Below are positions 1 to 9,057 of a stretch of DNA of 64,000 nucleotides, piece after piece. Each line of letters opens with the position of its first letter. Position 1 is the first letter of the stretch. This DNA is from a bacterium (GTDB taxonomy: Bacteria; Babelota; Babeliae; Babelales; GCA-2401785). Below the pieces are notes generated by a model. The model was not told the origin of the DNA. It worked only from the letters and a program-made list of their open reading frames with translations, and ran no database searches. The position numbers and the translations under genes are program-made. Location of the stretch: assembly GCA_023249975.1 (NCBI GenBank), contig JAHFBP010000004.1:4094-68093 (forward strand), given 5' to 3'.

Positions 1-675
1 TGAGCGGAGCATGGCGTCCATTTCATCAAATCGGTACACATATTGCTCGAAAGTTTCTGATTCAGATTCAGTAATTATGCCGTTGACGATCAGGTCGTAG
101 CGGCATTGCGAGCTGAACATTTGTGTTTGCCAATTGTAGGAGGCAAGAGTGTTGAGCGCAATTGTTGACCCATCGGCGCGAGTGTTGGCTCCTTGGCACC
201 AGACGTCACAATGCTCCGGAACTGACGCAACGGTTTCTATTTCCAAAAGGAGTGTTCCGCCAACTGCCAAATGTTCGTACATCAAATTCAGGCATTGTTG
301 TGATGTTGTCAGGTCCGTAATCAGGCCCCAGGATCCAAATGGCACAAAAATCAGATTGTATCGAGTTGAGCTTGTAAAATCTTGCACAAGTTGTTGCCAG
401 ACCGGTGCGGTTTTATCGTTAATTGTGGCGTATTTGTGCCGCAAAGCCTCGAGCATGTGTTCAGAAGCATCAAACCCCTGAATATCACATCCGGCCTGGA
501 GCATGGGGATCAAGAATCGCCCGGATCCGCACATGGGTTCTAAAATGGGCCCGTGCGCAGCCTTGGCATATGCCAGATAGAATGCCAACACTGCCTGAGC
601 GTCGGGGCTGTGCTCAAGTTCAAGGTCATAAAATTCGGTGCATAATTTTTGGTAGGTGGCGAGTGTGTTATTCAT
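1..675 (-). CDS. class I SAM-dependent methyltransferase (C-terminus runs off window edge)
   Basis: Open minus-strand frame from ATG at 675-673 to position 1 (225 codons). It is absent from the ORF track because no stop lies in the window. Translation begins MNNTLATYQKLCTEFYDLE and contains an AdoMet motif I-like ILEPMCGSGRFLIPML and a post-I GFDASEHML. The start overlaps the upstream HEPN stop (ATGA). Confidence 0.7.
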   Translation of the reverse strand, partial: MNNTLATYQKLCTEFYDLELEHSPDAQAVLAFYLAYAKAAHGPILEPMCGSGRFLIPMLQAGCDIQGFDASEHMLEALRHKYATINDKTAPVWQQLVQDFTSSTRYNLIFVPFGSWGLITDLTTSQQCLNLMYEHLAVGGTLLLEIETVASVPEHCDVWCQGANTRADGSTIALNTLASYNWQTQMFSSQCRYDLIVNGIITESESETFEQYVYRFDEMDAMLRS

Positions 676-1079
676 GATTTATTTTTATCAATTTTACAAA
701 TTTCTTGTTTAACAAAATTGAATATAGCTTCAGATTGTTCAATAAAGCTTTGAATTTTTTCTTGGCTAGGTTTCTTGAATGTATTATCAGGATATCTTCC
801 GGCTGTTGAATAAGGTGAAATAACAGCGGCTAGTGGGCGAATCATCTCAAATTGTTTGTTGTGTTGGTGGCATTGATCAACAAGAGTAACAAGGTCATGT
901 GTTTTGATGAGTCCAGTATTTTCGAATATCAGAAAGGCTTTGAGGGCTTTTTCAGCACATTGTTGGACGTGAAAAAGGGTGGTTACAAATGATTCTGAAA
1001 AAAGATGTTTGGCTGAATTTAGATCTTCAAGAGCTATCAAAAGACAATGTTCATGAATTTTCATAAATTCGTTTACCAT
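672..1079 (-). CDS. HEPN domain protein (toxin-like partner of MNT)
   Basis: Contains QQCAEKALKAFL...KTHDLVTLV...YSTAGRYPD, which matches the HEPN (PF05168-type) helices. The likely start is the MVNEF Met at 1079 rather than 1178, overlapping the upstream MNT gene end. Confidence 0.75.
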   Translation of the reverse strand: MVNEFMKIHEHCLLIALEDLNSAKHLFSESFVTTLFHVQQCAEKALKAFLIFENTGLIKTHDLVTLVDQCHQHNKQFEMIRPLAAVISPYSTAGRYPDNTFKKPSQEKIQSFIEQSEAIFNFVKQEICKIDKNKS

Positions 1080-1377
1080 ATTTTTTAATAAGAAAACTGA
1101 GCGACGATGAATCTTGAGAGTATTCTGCAAATTCTGCAGGAGTGTAAACCATAATGTTTTTAGCCACCTTAACACCAATAAGAGCTTTGTATCCTTTGGT
1201 CATCAGTTCATAGTGCTCTATATCCTCGCCATCAACAATAATTAAAAAATTGGTGTCAATGTTTTCTTCTCGAATAGGTTCGAGCATATAAATTTCACGA
1301 GGGTTATAGATTTTTACAAATCGTCGTGTAATTTCGTCAATAGTGGCTTGGCTTAATGGTTCAATGTCAGTATTCAT
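1051..1377 (-). CDS. minimal nucleotidyltransferase (MNT)-like protein, catalytic motif apparently degenerate
   Basis: Small ORF directly upstream of and overlapping the HEPN gene. IYMLEPIREENIDTNFLIIVD...MVYTPAEFAEY resembles the MNT fold, but GS is replaced by EP and DxD by DTN. The ATG at 1377 is preferred over the TTG at 1434. Confidence 0.5.
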   Translation of the reverse strand: MNTDIEPLSQATIDEITRRFVKIYNPREIYMLEPIREENIDTNFLIIVDGEDIEHYELMTKGYKALIGVKVAKNIMVYTPAEFAEYSQDSSSLSFLIKKYGKRIYENS

Positions 1378-1504
1378 AGAGAATCTTTTGTGTAAATAAT
1401 CTTTTAATGTTCCTAATGTATCCAAATATTTCAAAAGTTACCATGTCCTTTAGGTGTCATATTTTGACAGTTAGAGGATATGATAGCTTTTTGTATTTGT
1501 GAGG

Positions 1505-2074
1505 TTAAGGAGCTATGCCCGAGGACGGTGAGCGCCATGCTACGAAACATTTTGGCGAAGATTCATAAATGATATCTCGGATGCTATTTTGGTGGGTTGC
1601 TAAATAGGGGCTTCCCATAAAGAGCGCAATTTCTAATTTGTACTTGTTTCTTAGGGCTTGAATAAGATTTTGAGCTGTAATTTCATCAATGGGGACATAT
1701 TTTTCTGTGGTTTTGTCAATTTTTTTAATTTTTAAAGTTAAGATGGCTAAATCGTGCATTTCAGATATGGCATTAATGATATCTGAAGTTTTTGGGTCAT
1801 CCCAATCAAGATCATCGGTATCAAAAAAGCTAATTTTGGAAATTTTTTTAAGAGGCAGTCTCTTAAATTGATCAAGTTTGAAAATTCTAATTCCGCACGC
1901 ATCAATAAGATTACGGTTTGAGCGTGAAACTTGGGCCACTATATTGCGATGTTTTTGGTCAAGATATTTCATGATGTAATGTTGAATCTCGAATGGGAGT
2001 TGCTCAAAAAAAGCATCAGCTCGATGTGGTGTCGTACACAATAAGATGAGTCCGGCGAGTAAAAGCTTTTTCAT
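1505..2074 (-). CDS. secreted F-box-like / LRR-cap family protein
   Basis: Signal-like N-terminus MKKLLLAGLILLC. LPFEIQHYIMKYLDQKHRNIVAQVSRSNRNLI fits the F-box consensus LPxEIxxxIxxxLdxk...VsRxxrxL. The C-terminus IRDIIYESSPKCFV matches the cap motif of the LRR family. The start ATG overlaps the mnmA stop (TAATG). Confidence 0.6.
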   Translation of the reverse strand: MKKLLLAGLILLCTTPHRADAFFEQLPFEIQHYIMKYLDQKHRNIVAQVSRSNRNLIDACGIRIFKLDQFKRLPLKKISKISFFDTDDLDWDDPKTSDIINAISEMHDLAILTLKIKKIDKTTEKYVPIDEITAQNLIQALRNKYKLEIALFMGSPYLATHQNSIRDIIYESSPKCFVAWRSPSSGIAP

Positions 2075-3144
2075 TACAATCCCATAACCCCAGATCCAAG
2101 GCAGATTTGATCATCATAAAATACCGCAAATTGCCCAGGGGCGATGCCTTGGTCGTTTTCGGTCAAATGGACGATGCCATCAGTTTCTGATGATAAATTG
2201 AGGGTGCATTGGGCAAGAGCGGGTCCGTGACGAAGTTTGACCAATAGATTTGCCATTTCAGGAGCCGTGCCCGAAATCCAATGACAATCGGCGACGGAAA
2301 AGGTGTCGCGCTTTTTATTTTCATCATGATATTGGCAGGAAATGTAGACGATATTTTTTTCAATGTCTTTGCTGAGTACATACCAGGGGCCGCCATGCAA
2401 ACCAATTCCTTTGCGTTGCCCAATCGTGTGGTACCAGTACCCTTTGTGTTGCCCCATTATTTTGCCGGTTTCAAATTCTACAAAATTGCCTGGCTTGTCG
2501 CCTAGGTGGTGGCGCAAAAATTCATTAAAACTAATTTTCCCCAAAAAGCAGATCCCAAAGCTTTCTTTGCGTTCAGCCGGAGCAAGGCCTTTGGTTGCTG
2601 CAATGTGCTTCACTTGCGATTTGAGCAGATGACCAATGGGGAACATCGCTTTTTGCAGTTGTTCTTGGCTCAGATGTGACAAGAAATAGGTTTGGTCTTT
2701 AATGGGGTCAGGGCTACGCATCAGGACTGCTTTGCCATTTTCCATTTTAACTTGGGCATAGTGTCCCGTGGCAATGTAATCAAACCCTTGGCCGGCTTTG
2801 TCATAAAAGCAGCCAAATTTGATCATCTGGTTGCACAAAATGTCGGGGTTGGGTGTGCGTCCTGCCTTGGCTTGAGCGATCGTGTAGGCCACAACGTTGT
2901 CCCAATATTCGCGTTGTAGCGAGACGACCTTGAGTTCAACTCCCAGTTGACTGCAGACTTGTTGCGCATAATTCAGGTCATCTTCCCAGGGACAGTTACC
3001 CAAAAAAGCTAATTCATCTTCGAGCCAGATTTTGAGGTAAAAGGCGGTTACATCGGCGCCTTGGTCCTTGAGCAGGGCAAGGGAGACCGCGCTGTCGACC
3101 CCGCCGGAAACGAGCATAGCAATTTTAGGTTTATGCGTATTCAT
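2074..3144 (-). CDS. mnmA: tRNA-specific 2-thiouridylase
   Basis: PP-loop MLVSGGVDSAVS, 356 aa, MnmA-like throughout. Confidence 0.93.
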   Translation of the reverse strand: MNTHKPKIAMLVSGGVDSAVSLALLKDQGADVTAFYLKIWLEDELAFLGNCPWEDDLNYAQQVCSQLGVELKVVSLQREYWDNVVAYTIAQAKAGRTPNPDILCNQMIKFGCFYDKAGQGFDYIATGHYAQVKMENGKAVLMRSPDPIKDQTYFLSHLSQEQLQKAMFPIGHLLKSQVKHIAATKGLAPAERKESFGICFLGKISFNEFLRHHLGDKPGNFVEFETGKIMGQHKGYWYHTIGQRKGIGLHGGPWYVLSKDIEKNIVYISCQYHDENKKRDTFSVADCHWISGTAPEMANLLVKLRHGPALAQCTLNLSSETDGIVHLTENDQGIAPGQFAVFYDDQICLGSGVMGL

Positions 3145-3242
3145 AAAGTACTCTACGATTCATTTTTTAAAGAAAGGGGCACGTCTTCACGACATACCCC
3201 TAGTTTACTGGTCTTTTATTCTTTAATCAAAAGCGCTCGAGT

Positions 3243-5279
3243 TTATTGATTAGGAATCCAAACATTTTTTCTATGCTCTGCTGACCATACCCATTGACCC
3301 CCAGGTTGTGGTTGAGGACCATATTCAGCCGGTTGTTGTTGTGGTTGAGGAGCATACTGAATTTGTTGTACGGGAGCTTGCATGGGAATGTAAGATTGCT
3401 GAGCATATTGCTGCCGCGGAACATATTGAGGAATCGTTCGTAAATTAGGGTCGGTGTAGGGGTTAACGTAGGCAGCATTGCTGCCCATAGGAATATAGCC
3501 TTGTTGTATTTGGTAAGTAGGTTGTTGTTGTTGATATCCATATTGATTTTGGGGAAGTGGAGTTGCTGGCATATTAATAATAATAGGTTGTTGGCCAGCA
3601 AAAGCTTGTCCTGTAGTTTGAGGTTGTTGTGCCTTTGGTATAAAGGCTTGAAGTGGCGTTGAAGGGCTTGAAGCAGCCGTTGCAGGGATTGCGTCTTTTT
3701 GGTCGGGTCTCGTTTGGTCAGATTGCTGCCAAGAGCTTGCGGCTGTAGCATCAGGCGATGGGGCAGGTGCTGATGGGATAGGGGCTGGTGGTGTTGGCTG
3801 GGTATTATCGATTTTGATCTCTATATTATATTTGGTGAATTTTTTGGTGGTGTTTTTGGTGTAATAATCATTGAGTGTTTTTTGTTCACTTTGTGCAAGT
3901 CGTGAGTAAAATGACCATTTTTCAGGCATGCCACCATTCAGGTGGCTTCCACGTAGCGCGAGAGCAAGAAGTTCAGCAAATGCCGTATAGGATAATTCTC
4001 CTGAGTCTCCAAAGGTCCAGTCCAATTTTACTTTGGCGCGTTGCAGGAGAGAAAAGAGGTAGTTTTTTGCCACGTCATTGGATATGTTATTAAAATCAGT
4101 GATTTGACTGAACAGGGCTGTGATTTTTGAGACCGTGTCGGTATACAAATTTTCGTTATCAAATTGAAGCTTGATCATGGGGTATTGTTGCAAAACTAGT
4201 GCTTCATCATCATTTCTTCCCACAATTTTTTCTTCAGTGGCATCTTGAAATATTCCTTCCAGTGCATCGATGTAATTGCCATTTGATTTGGCAAGAATTA
4301 AAAAGCTACGAAATTTTGTGTTGGCGTGGGCTTTTTGGATGAGTGAGCCAAATTGAGCTTTGGTGGATTTGCTCGTAAAGTCCATTCTATTAAGTACATT
4401 CCATGAAATGCGTTTTGAGGCATCAGAAATCAAGCGAAATATGTACAGAGCTGCGCCAATTGATGCGAACATTGAGGTGTCAAATACTTTGGCCAAATCA
4501 TTACATCCTTTTACAAAACGAGCCTCTTGGGGTGAGATGAGATTCTGAAAAACCTGTTTGGTGCGTAAGGTTTTTATGATTTGGGCATCAGCATCATGAA
4601 TTGCGATCGGGATAATCTGCATGGCTTGATTGTAATATTCTTCGATGGCTGTTTGATAATCTTCATCTTTTCTGACTAATTCTTCGGTAAAAGCATCCAG
4701 ATTTATTATGGCATTTTTTTGGCTTAAAATAGTTTTGTAATCAGTCCCATTGCCTTGCAGAGCGTCGGTTGGCAAACTTGTTGCATCTCGCAGAATAAAA
4801 AGTTGTGAAACATCAGGATAATTGAATTGTTTATCAAGGCTATAAAAAGGGGCGGCAAGTATTGATATAAAAAGTGAGTATTGAGCATACGCGGTTCTGA
4901 GGGCGGGATTGCTTTGGTCCTTTTTTGCACTATCTGAATCACCCCATCGTAGTACTTTGCTCGCTTGTGCAAGTAGGTTCATCATGTCACGGAGAGTCGT
5001 CACTTTTTGTTTGGATTTCCAATCAACAGTGCACAGTTTGTTCATAATGCTGAGCAGGCCGTAGCTGTAACTATTACTGTTTTTGAGCAATTGCGTGATC
5101 ATGGTGTCCTGAAACGCGAGGCGATCGAGAATGTTTGTTGGCTTGACTGTTGGTTTTGTTGAGATGGGGACTCCCAATGCAATAGTATCGCTAGGGTTTT
5201 GAACAAGAACAGGAGAGTTTGTTCTTGTGGAGGTTGAAATGCATAACAGGCCGAGAATCAGTACTATTTTTTTCATCAT
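3243..5279 (-). CDS. secreted protein of unknown function with P/Q/Y-rich C-terminal tail
   Basis: Signal peptide MMKKIVLILGLLCISTS. Three K-x-[RK]-[ILM]-x-W motifs are shared with the upstream paralogue. The last ~190 aa are P/Q/Y low complexity. ATGA overlap with 5276..6826. Confidence 0.8.
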   Translation of the reverse strand: MMKKIVLILGLLCISTSTRTNSPVLVQNPSDTIALGVPISTKPTVKPTNILDRLAFQDTMITQLLKNSNSYSYGLLSIMNKLCTVDWKSKQKVTTLRDMMNLLAQASKVLRWGDSDSAKKDQSNPALRTAYAQYSLFISILAAPFYSLDKQFNYPDVSQLFILRDATSLPTDALQGNGTDYKTILSQKNAIINLDAFTEELVRKDEDYQTAIEEYYNQAMQIIPIAIHDADAQIIKTLRTKQVFQNLISPQEARFVKGCNDLAKVFDTSMFASIGAALYIFRLISDASKRISWNVLNRMDFTSKSTKAQFGSLIQKAHANTKFRSFLILAKSNGNYIDALEGIFQDATEEKIVGRNDDEALVLQQYPMIKLQFDNENLYTDTVSKITALFSQITDFNNISNDVAKNYLFSLLQRAKVKLDWTFGDSGELSYTAFAELLALALRGSHLNGGMPEKWSFYSRLAQSEQKTLNDYYTKNTTKKFTKYNIEIKIDNTQPTPPAPIPSAPAPSPDATAASSWQQSDQTRPDQKDAIPATAASSPSTPLQAFIPKAQQPQTTGQAFAGQQPIIINMPATPLPQNQYGYQQQQPTYQIQQGYIPMGSNAAYVNPYTDPNLRTIPQYVPRQQYAQQSYIPMQAPVQQIQYAPQPQQQPAEYGPQPQPGGQWVWSAEHRKNVWIPNQ

Positions 5280-6826
5280 GCCCCTTTAAGGTTTGCGGTT
5301 AACTGAACATAAGAGTTAATGGTCAACTGTGTGCGGGTATCAAATTTGGCAAAAAGTGCAGCATTGGCTTGATTAGTTAGTGCATCAAGAACTTTTTTCA
5401 GTTCTAATTTCAGGTCTGGATTATTAAGGTCCCAAAAGTTAAATGTATTCCAAGAAAGTCGTTCTTTAGTTTGTGTAATTACATCACCAAGAATTCCCAT
5501 AAATGTTTTTCCGAGATTATTAACATTTTTTGTTGAGGTTTCTATAAATTCCAAAAGATGTACAATGCCTTGTTTATATGCTTCTTCTTGAAAGAGTTTG
5601 TAGCGGCGATTGTTGGTAACAAAATCTTGCACAATGTAGAGCGAATACAGGGCCAATTCATCTTCGTCATAGAGTTGCGCCTTTTGTTTGGCAAATTGAG
5701 CAAAGGTTCCACAAAATTTGGTAAAGGCTTCTGGTGTTCTGATGTCTGGAGTCTCGGTGGAAATGTTTTTGAAAAGACGTTGGAGAATATCTGATGTTGG
5801 CGAAGAATTTTTTGAAAACGATTCAGCAAATGATGGCGTATTGGCCATATTGGCAAAAAGTCGATAGTTCAAAATATAGAGTTCCGGATCTGACCAATAG
5901 ATCGTGAAAGTGGCGCTACCAATGGCCCACGCCATTTTTTCTTTTATGTCCACAAGGAGCTCAAGCAGTGAAGGGTAGTCTTCGGGATTAGGTCGCCCCA
6001 TAAAATTCACTGTTTGAGATACAGCGGCATATGAATTGGCCATTCCACCCATAAGACTTATTCCCAATGTATAAAAACTTTGCTTCAGATATCGCATAGC
6101 ATTCCACGATCTTGTAAAGTAAGGCAGGATTGAAAGTCCCGTGTGATACTGCGGATTGTTTGGATCAGTGGTATAACTTGGCAGCTCAGGAGCAATTAAA
6201 AGCCTGAGCATGGAGGGTGAAATACTCAGGGGCCCTTTGATTGAACCGACAGTACCCAATATTTTTTCGGCACGTTCAATATACGATTTGCGAAGATCTT
6301 CAATGGTATGCAGATCTTCACGTTCCATTTTTGCAAATTGGAAAATTCCTTCAACGTCAATGGCAGTATTTAATAATCGTGAATTGTTCAAAGTTTCGAT
6401 CGTTTTGAATAAATCAGCCATACTTTTAATCAGGGCTTTATCGGTCCAGCCTAATCCATTGAGTGTTGTACCTAGTCCTCCGTTGCCGTAAACCCATGGA
6501 TATGCCCAGGTGATGCGTTCTTTGGCTACTACAATCAAATCAGCAATTTTGGCATAAATCCAATCAGGAGTGCTTGGGTTGAGTCGCCACAAATAGTTAG
6601 TCAAAACTTTGATTCCAATATCAAAATAAATACGGCGCATATTGTCGCCTGGATAATTGATATGGTTTTTAATAAGATCTTCGATGATAAAAATCATACG
6701 AGTATCTTCAAAACCTTGGATTAGTTGGGCAAAATCATCCCTGACATTGGCCTGAGATATCGAACTTAAAAAAAAGTTAAGACTTAAAAAAATGAGTGCT
6801 CGCATAAAGCGTTTTGATAGGATCAT
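5276..6826 (-). CDS. secreted protein of unknown function (paralogue of 3243..5279)
   Basis: Signal-like FMRALIFLSLNFFLSSISQA. Motifs VAKERITW, IKEKMAW and TKERLSW occur at spacing similar to the neighbour. Confidence 0.8.
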   Translation of the reverse strand: MILSKRFMRALIFLSLNFFLSSISQANVRDDFAQLIQGFEDTRMIFIIEDLIKNHINYPGDNMRRIYFDIGIKVLTNYLWRLNPSTPDWIYAKIADLIVVAKERITWAYPWVYGNGGLGTTLNGLGWTDKALIKSMADLFKTIETLNNSRLLNTAIDVEGIFQFAKMEREDLHTIEDLRKSYIERAEKILGTVGSIKGPLSISPSMLRLLIAPELPSYTTDPNNPQYHTGLSILPYFTRSWNAMRYLKQSFYTLGISLMGGMANSYAAVSQTVNFMGRPNPEDYPSLLELLVDIKEKMAWAIGSATFTIYWSDPELYILNYRLFANMANTPSFAESFSKNSSPTSDILQRLFKNISTETPDIRTPEAFTKFCGTFAQFAKQKAQLYDEDELALYSLYIVQDFVTNNRRYKLFQEEAYKQGIVHLLEFIETSTKNVNNLGKTFMGILGDVITQTKERLSWNTFNFWDLNNPDLKLELKKVLDALTNQANAALFAKFDTRTQLTINSYVQLTANLKGA

Positions 6827-7044
6827 CTGGGTTCTGTCACTCTCAACAGAGATTGATATATGAGAACACTCTAGAAAACCCCCACTAGCTCAAGCAAGCA
6901 TTCGGTTGCAGAGTAAGGATTTATAGTCTGCTATTGCCACTTCATTCAGGGTGGTGTTGTTTTTGATAAAAGACAGAAAGTGCCTTACACTAGTTATGAT
7001 CATTTCTTTTGGTAAAATGAGTTTCATAAAGCGCGAGAAAAGCC

Positions 7045-8997
7045 ATGCCATGCAAAAACAAATTTTATGTCACCACTCCGATTTATTACGTAAATGCCAA
7101 ACCTCACATTGGGACGCTGTATTCGACGTTGATTGCCGATGTGATTGCTCGTTGGAATAAGATTAAAGGGAAAAAGGTTTTTTTCCTGACCGGAACTGAT
7201 GAGCATGGCCAAAAAATTGAAGAAAAGGCTAAGCTCGAAAATATGGCGCCTCAGGACTTTGTCGATTCCATGATTCCGTCATTTAAGTCAATGTGGCAGC
7301 GCTTTGACCTTGATTATGACCATTTTATCAGAACAACCGATCGCAAACACGTCGAGGCGGTCAATACCTTGCTCATCAAATTGATTGAAAAGGGAGATAT
7401 CTACAAATCCGAATATATCGGTTTGTACTGTGTTCCCTGCGAAACTTTTGTGACAGCCGAATCGGCTCATCGTGATGCAGCTTCAAATTTGATGTGTCCA
7501 ACGTGTGTGCGTGCATTGCGTGAGGTTTCGGAAGAAAGCTATTTTTTCAGACTTTCTGCGTATGAAGAACAATTGCTCAAATTTTATGATGAGAATCCTA
7601 ACTTTATTTCACCAAAAGAGCGGATTAATGAAGTCGTTTCATTCGTTAAATCGGGCTTAAAAGATTTAAGTATTTCGCGCAAAACGGTCAAGTGGGGCAT
7701 TCCATTTCCGGGCGACCCAGAACACACGGTGTATGTCTGGGGTGATGCCTTGACCAATTACATCAGTGCTGTTGGATATGGCGACGGTGCGGCCAGTGAC
7801 AAAATATCTTTTGATTATTGGTGGCCAGCTGATGTTCAGGTTATGGCAAAAGACATTGTGCGATTCCATGCGGTTTATTGGCCAGCGTTTTTGATGGCGG
7901 CTGACTTGCCTCTTCCAAAACAATTATTGGTGCATGGTTACATCATGTTTGAGGACAGTAAAATGTCCAAATCAAAAGGCAATGTGGTCGATCCAGCTTT
8001 GCTTGCCGAACATTATGGTGTTGACCAAACGCGTTATTATTTAATGCGTCACATGGCTGTCAATCAAGATGGTAGCTTTTCGTACGATCAAATGGAAAAA
8101 CAAGTTGAGGCTGATTTGGCCAATAACTTGGGTAATTTGCTTAGTAGGATTGTCTCGTTGGCCATTGCCAATGGGCTGACCCATGTGTCTCCGGTTGAAC
8201 AGCTTGAGGGTAAAACAGCGCTGCTTAAAGATAAATGCGAAGAGGCGTTCCGTGCCTATTGGGATGAGATGAATCATCATCATTATCATGTGGCTATTGC
8301 CAATTTATGGACGTTTATTTCTGAAGTGAATGCGTATGTTCATGCGCAACAACCGTGGAAATTGGCCAAAGAGAATCCAGAATTATTCGCTGAAGTTGTC
8401 AGTGCAGTGTGCCATAGTCTGTATGCAATCGGTGTTTTGGCTTGGCCAATTATGCCTAAAAAAATGGAAGAATTACTCAGCTGCTTGGGCGTTGCATTTG
8501 ATTATCGCGGGCACCATTACATGGACGAATTGCGCGCGAACAAGTGGAATATGACGTTTAATCTCAAGAAAAACGAAACACCGTTGTTCCCCCGTCCAGA
8601 GCCAATGCCAATGGCTCCTGGTCAACAGGAATTGGAAAAGCAATCAGAAGATAAGTTGGTTGAAGAGTATATTTCAATTGAAGATTTTGCCAAAGTTGAG
8701 CTGATTGTGGGCACAATTATCGAATGTGAACCTATGCCAAAATCAGACAAACTTCTGCGCATGCAGGTTGATTTTGGTAACAAAATTGGTATTCGTCAGG
8801 TTTTGTCGGGCATTGCACAACATTTTGGGCCTAAAGATTTGATTGGTAAACAGGGTGTGTATGTCGGCAATTTGGCCCCTCGAAAAATGATGGGAACCAC
8901 GTCGCAGGGCATGATGCTGTTTGCTGAAGATGAAAGTGGTGTATTGGCGATGGCTATGGTTGCCGGCAAAGTAGCGAACGGTACACGTCTCAGATAA
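7045..8997 (+). CDS. metG: methionine--tRNA ligase with C-terminal tRNA-binding (EMAP/Trbp111-like) domain
   Basis: HIGH-type PHIGTLYS and KMSKS motifs. The C-terminal VGTIIECEPMPKSDKLLRMQVDFG is typical of the tRNA-binding domain. Confidence 0.95.
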   Translation: MPCKNKFYVTTPIYYVNAKPHIGTLYSTLIADVIARWNKIKGKKVFFLTGTDEHGQKIEEKAKLENMAPQDFVDSMIPSFKSMWQRFDLDYDHFIRTTDRKHVEAVNTLLIKLIEKGDIYKSEYIGLYCVPCETFVTAESAHRDAASNLMCPTCVRALREVSEESYFFRLSAYEEQLLKFYDENPNFISPKERINEVVSFVKSGLKDLSISRKTVKWGIPFPGDPEHTVYVWGDALTNYISAVGYGDGAASDKISFDYWWPADVQVMAKDIVRFHAVYWPAFLMAADLPLPKQLLVHGYIMFEDSKMSKSKGNVVDPALLAEHYGVDQTRYYLMRHMAVNQDGSFSYDQMEKQVEADLANNLGNLLSRIVSLAIANGLTHVSPVEQLEGKTALLKDKCEEAFRAYWDEMNHHHYHVAIANLWTFISEVNAYVHAQQPWKLAKENPELFAEVVSAVCHSLYAIGVLAWPIMPKKMEELLSCLGVAFDYRGHHYMDELRANKWNMTFNLKKNETPLFPRPEPMPMAPGQQELEKQSEDKLVEEYISIEDFAKVELIVGTIIECEPMPKSDKLLRMQVDFGNKIGIRQVLSGIAQHFGPKDLIGKQGVYVGNLAPRKMMGTTSQGMMLFAEDESGVLAMAMVAGKVANGTRLR

Positions 8998-9005
8998 TTA
9001 ATTTT

Positions 9006-9033
9006 CTGGGGTAAAAGTGCACTTTTACCCCAG
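9006..9033 (+). terminator. perfect 28-bp palindrome after metG (putative terminator hairpin)
   Basis: CTGGGGTAAAAGTGCACTTTTACCCCAG is its own reverse complement. It lies 9 nt after the metG stop, and a T-rich run follows about 15 nt later. Confidence 0.5.
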
Positions 9034-9057
9034 AGCCTTCGCGCTCTTTTTCCCTTT

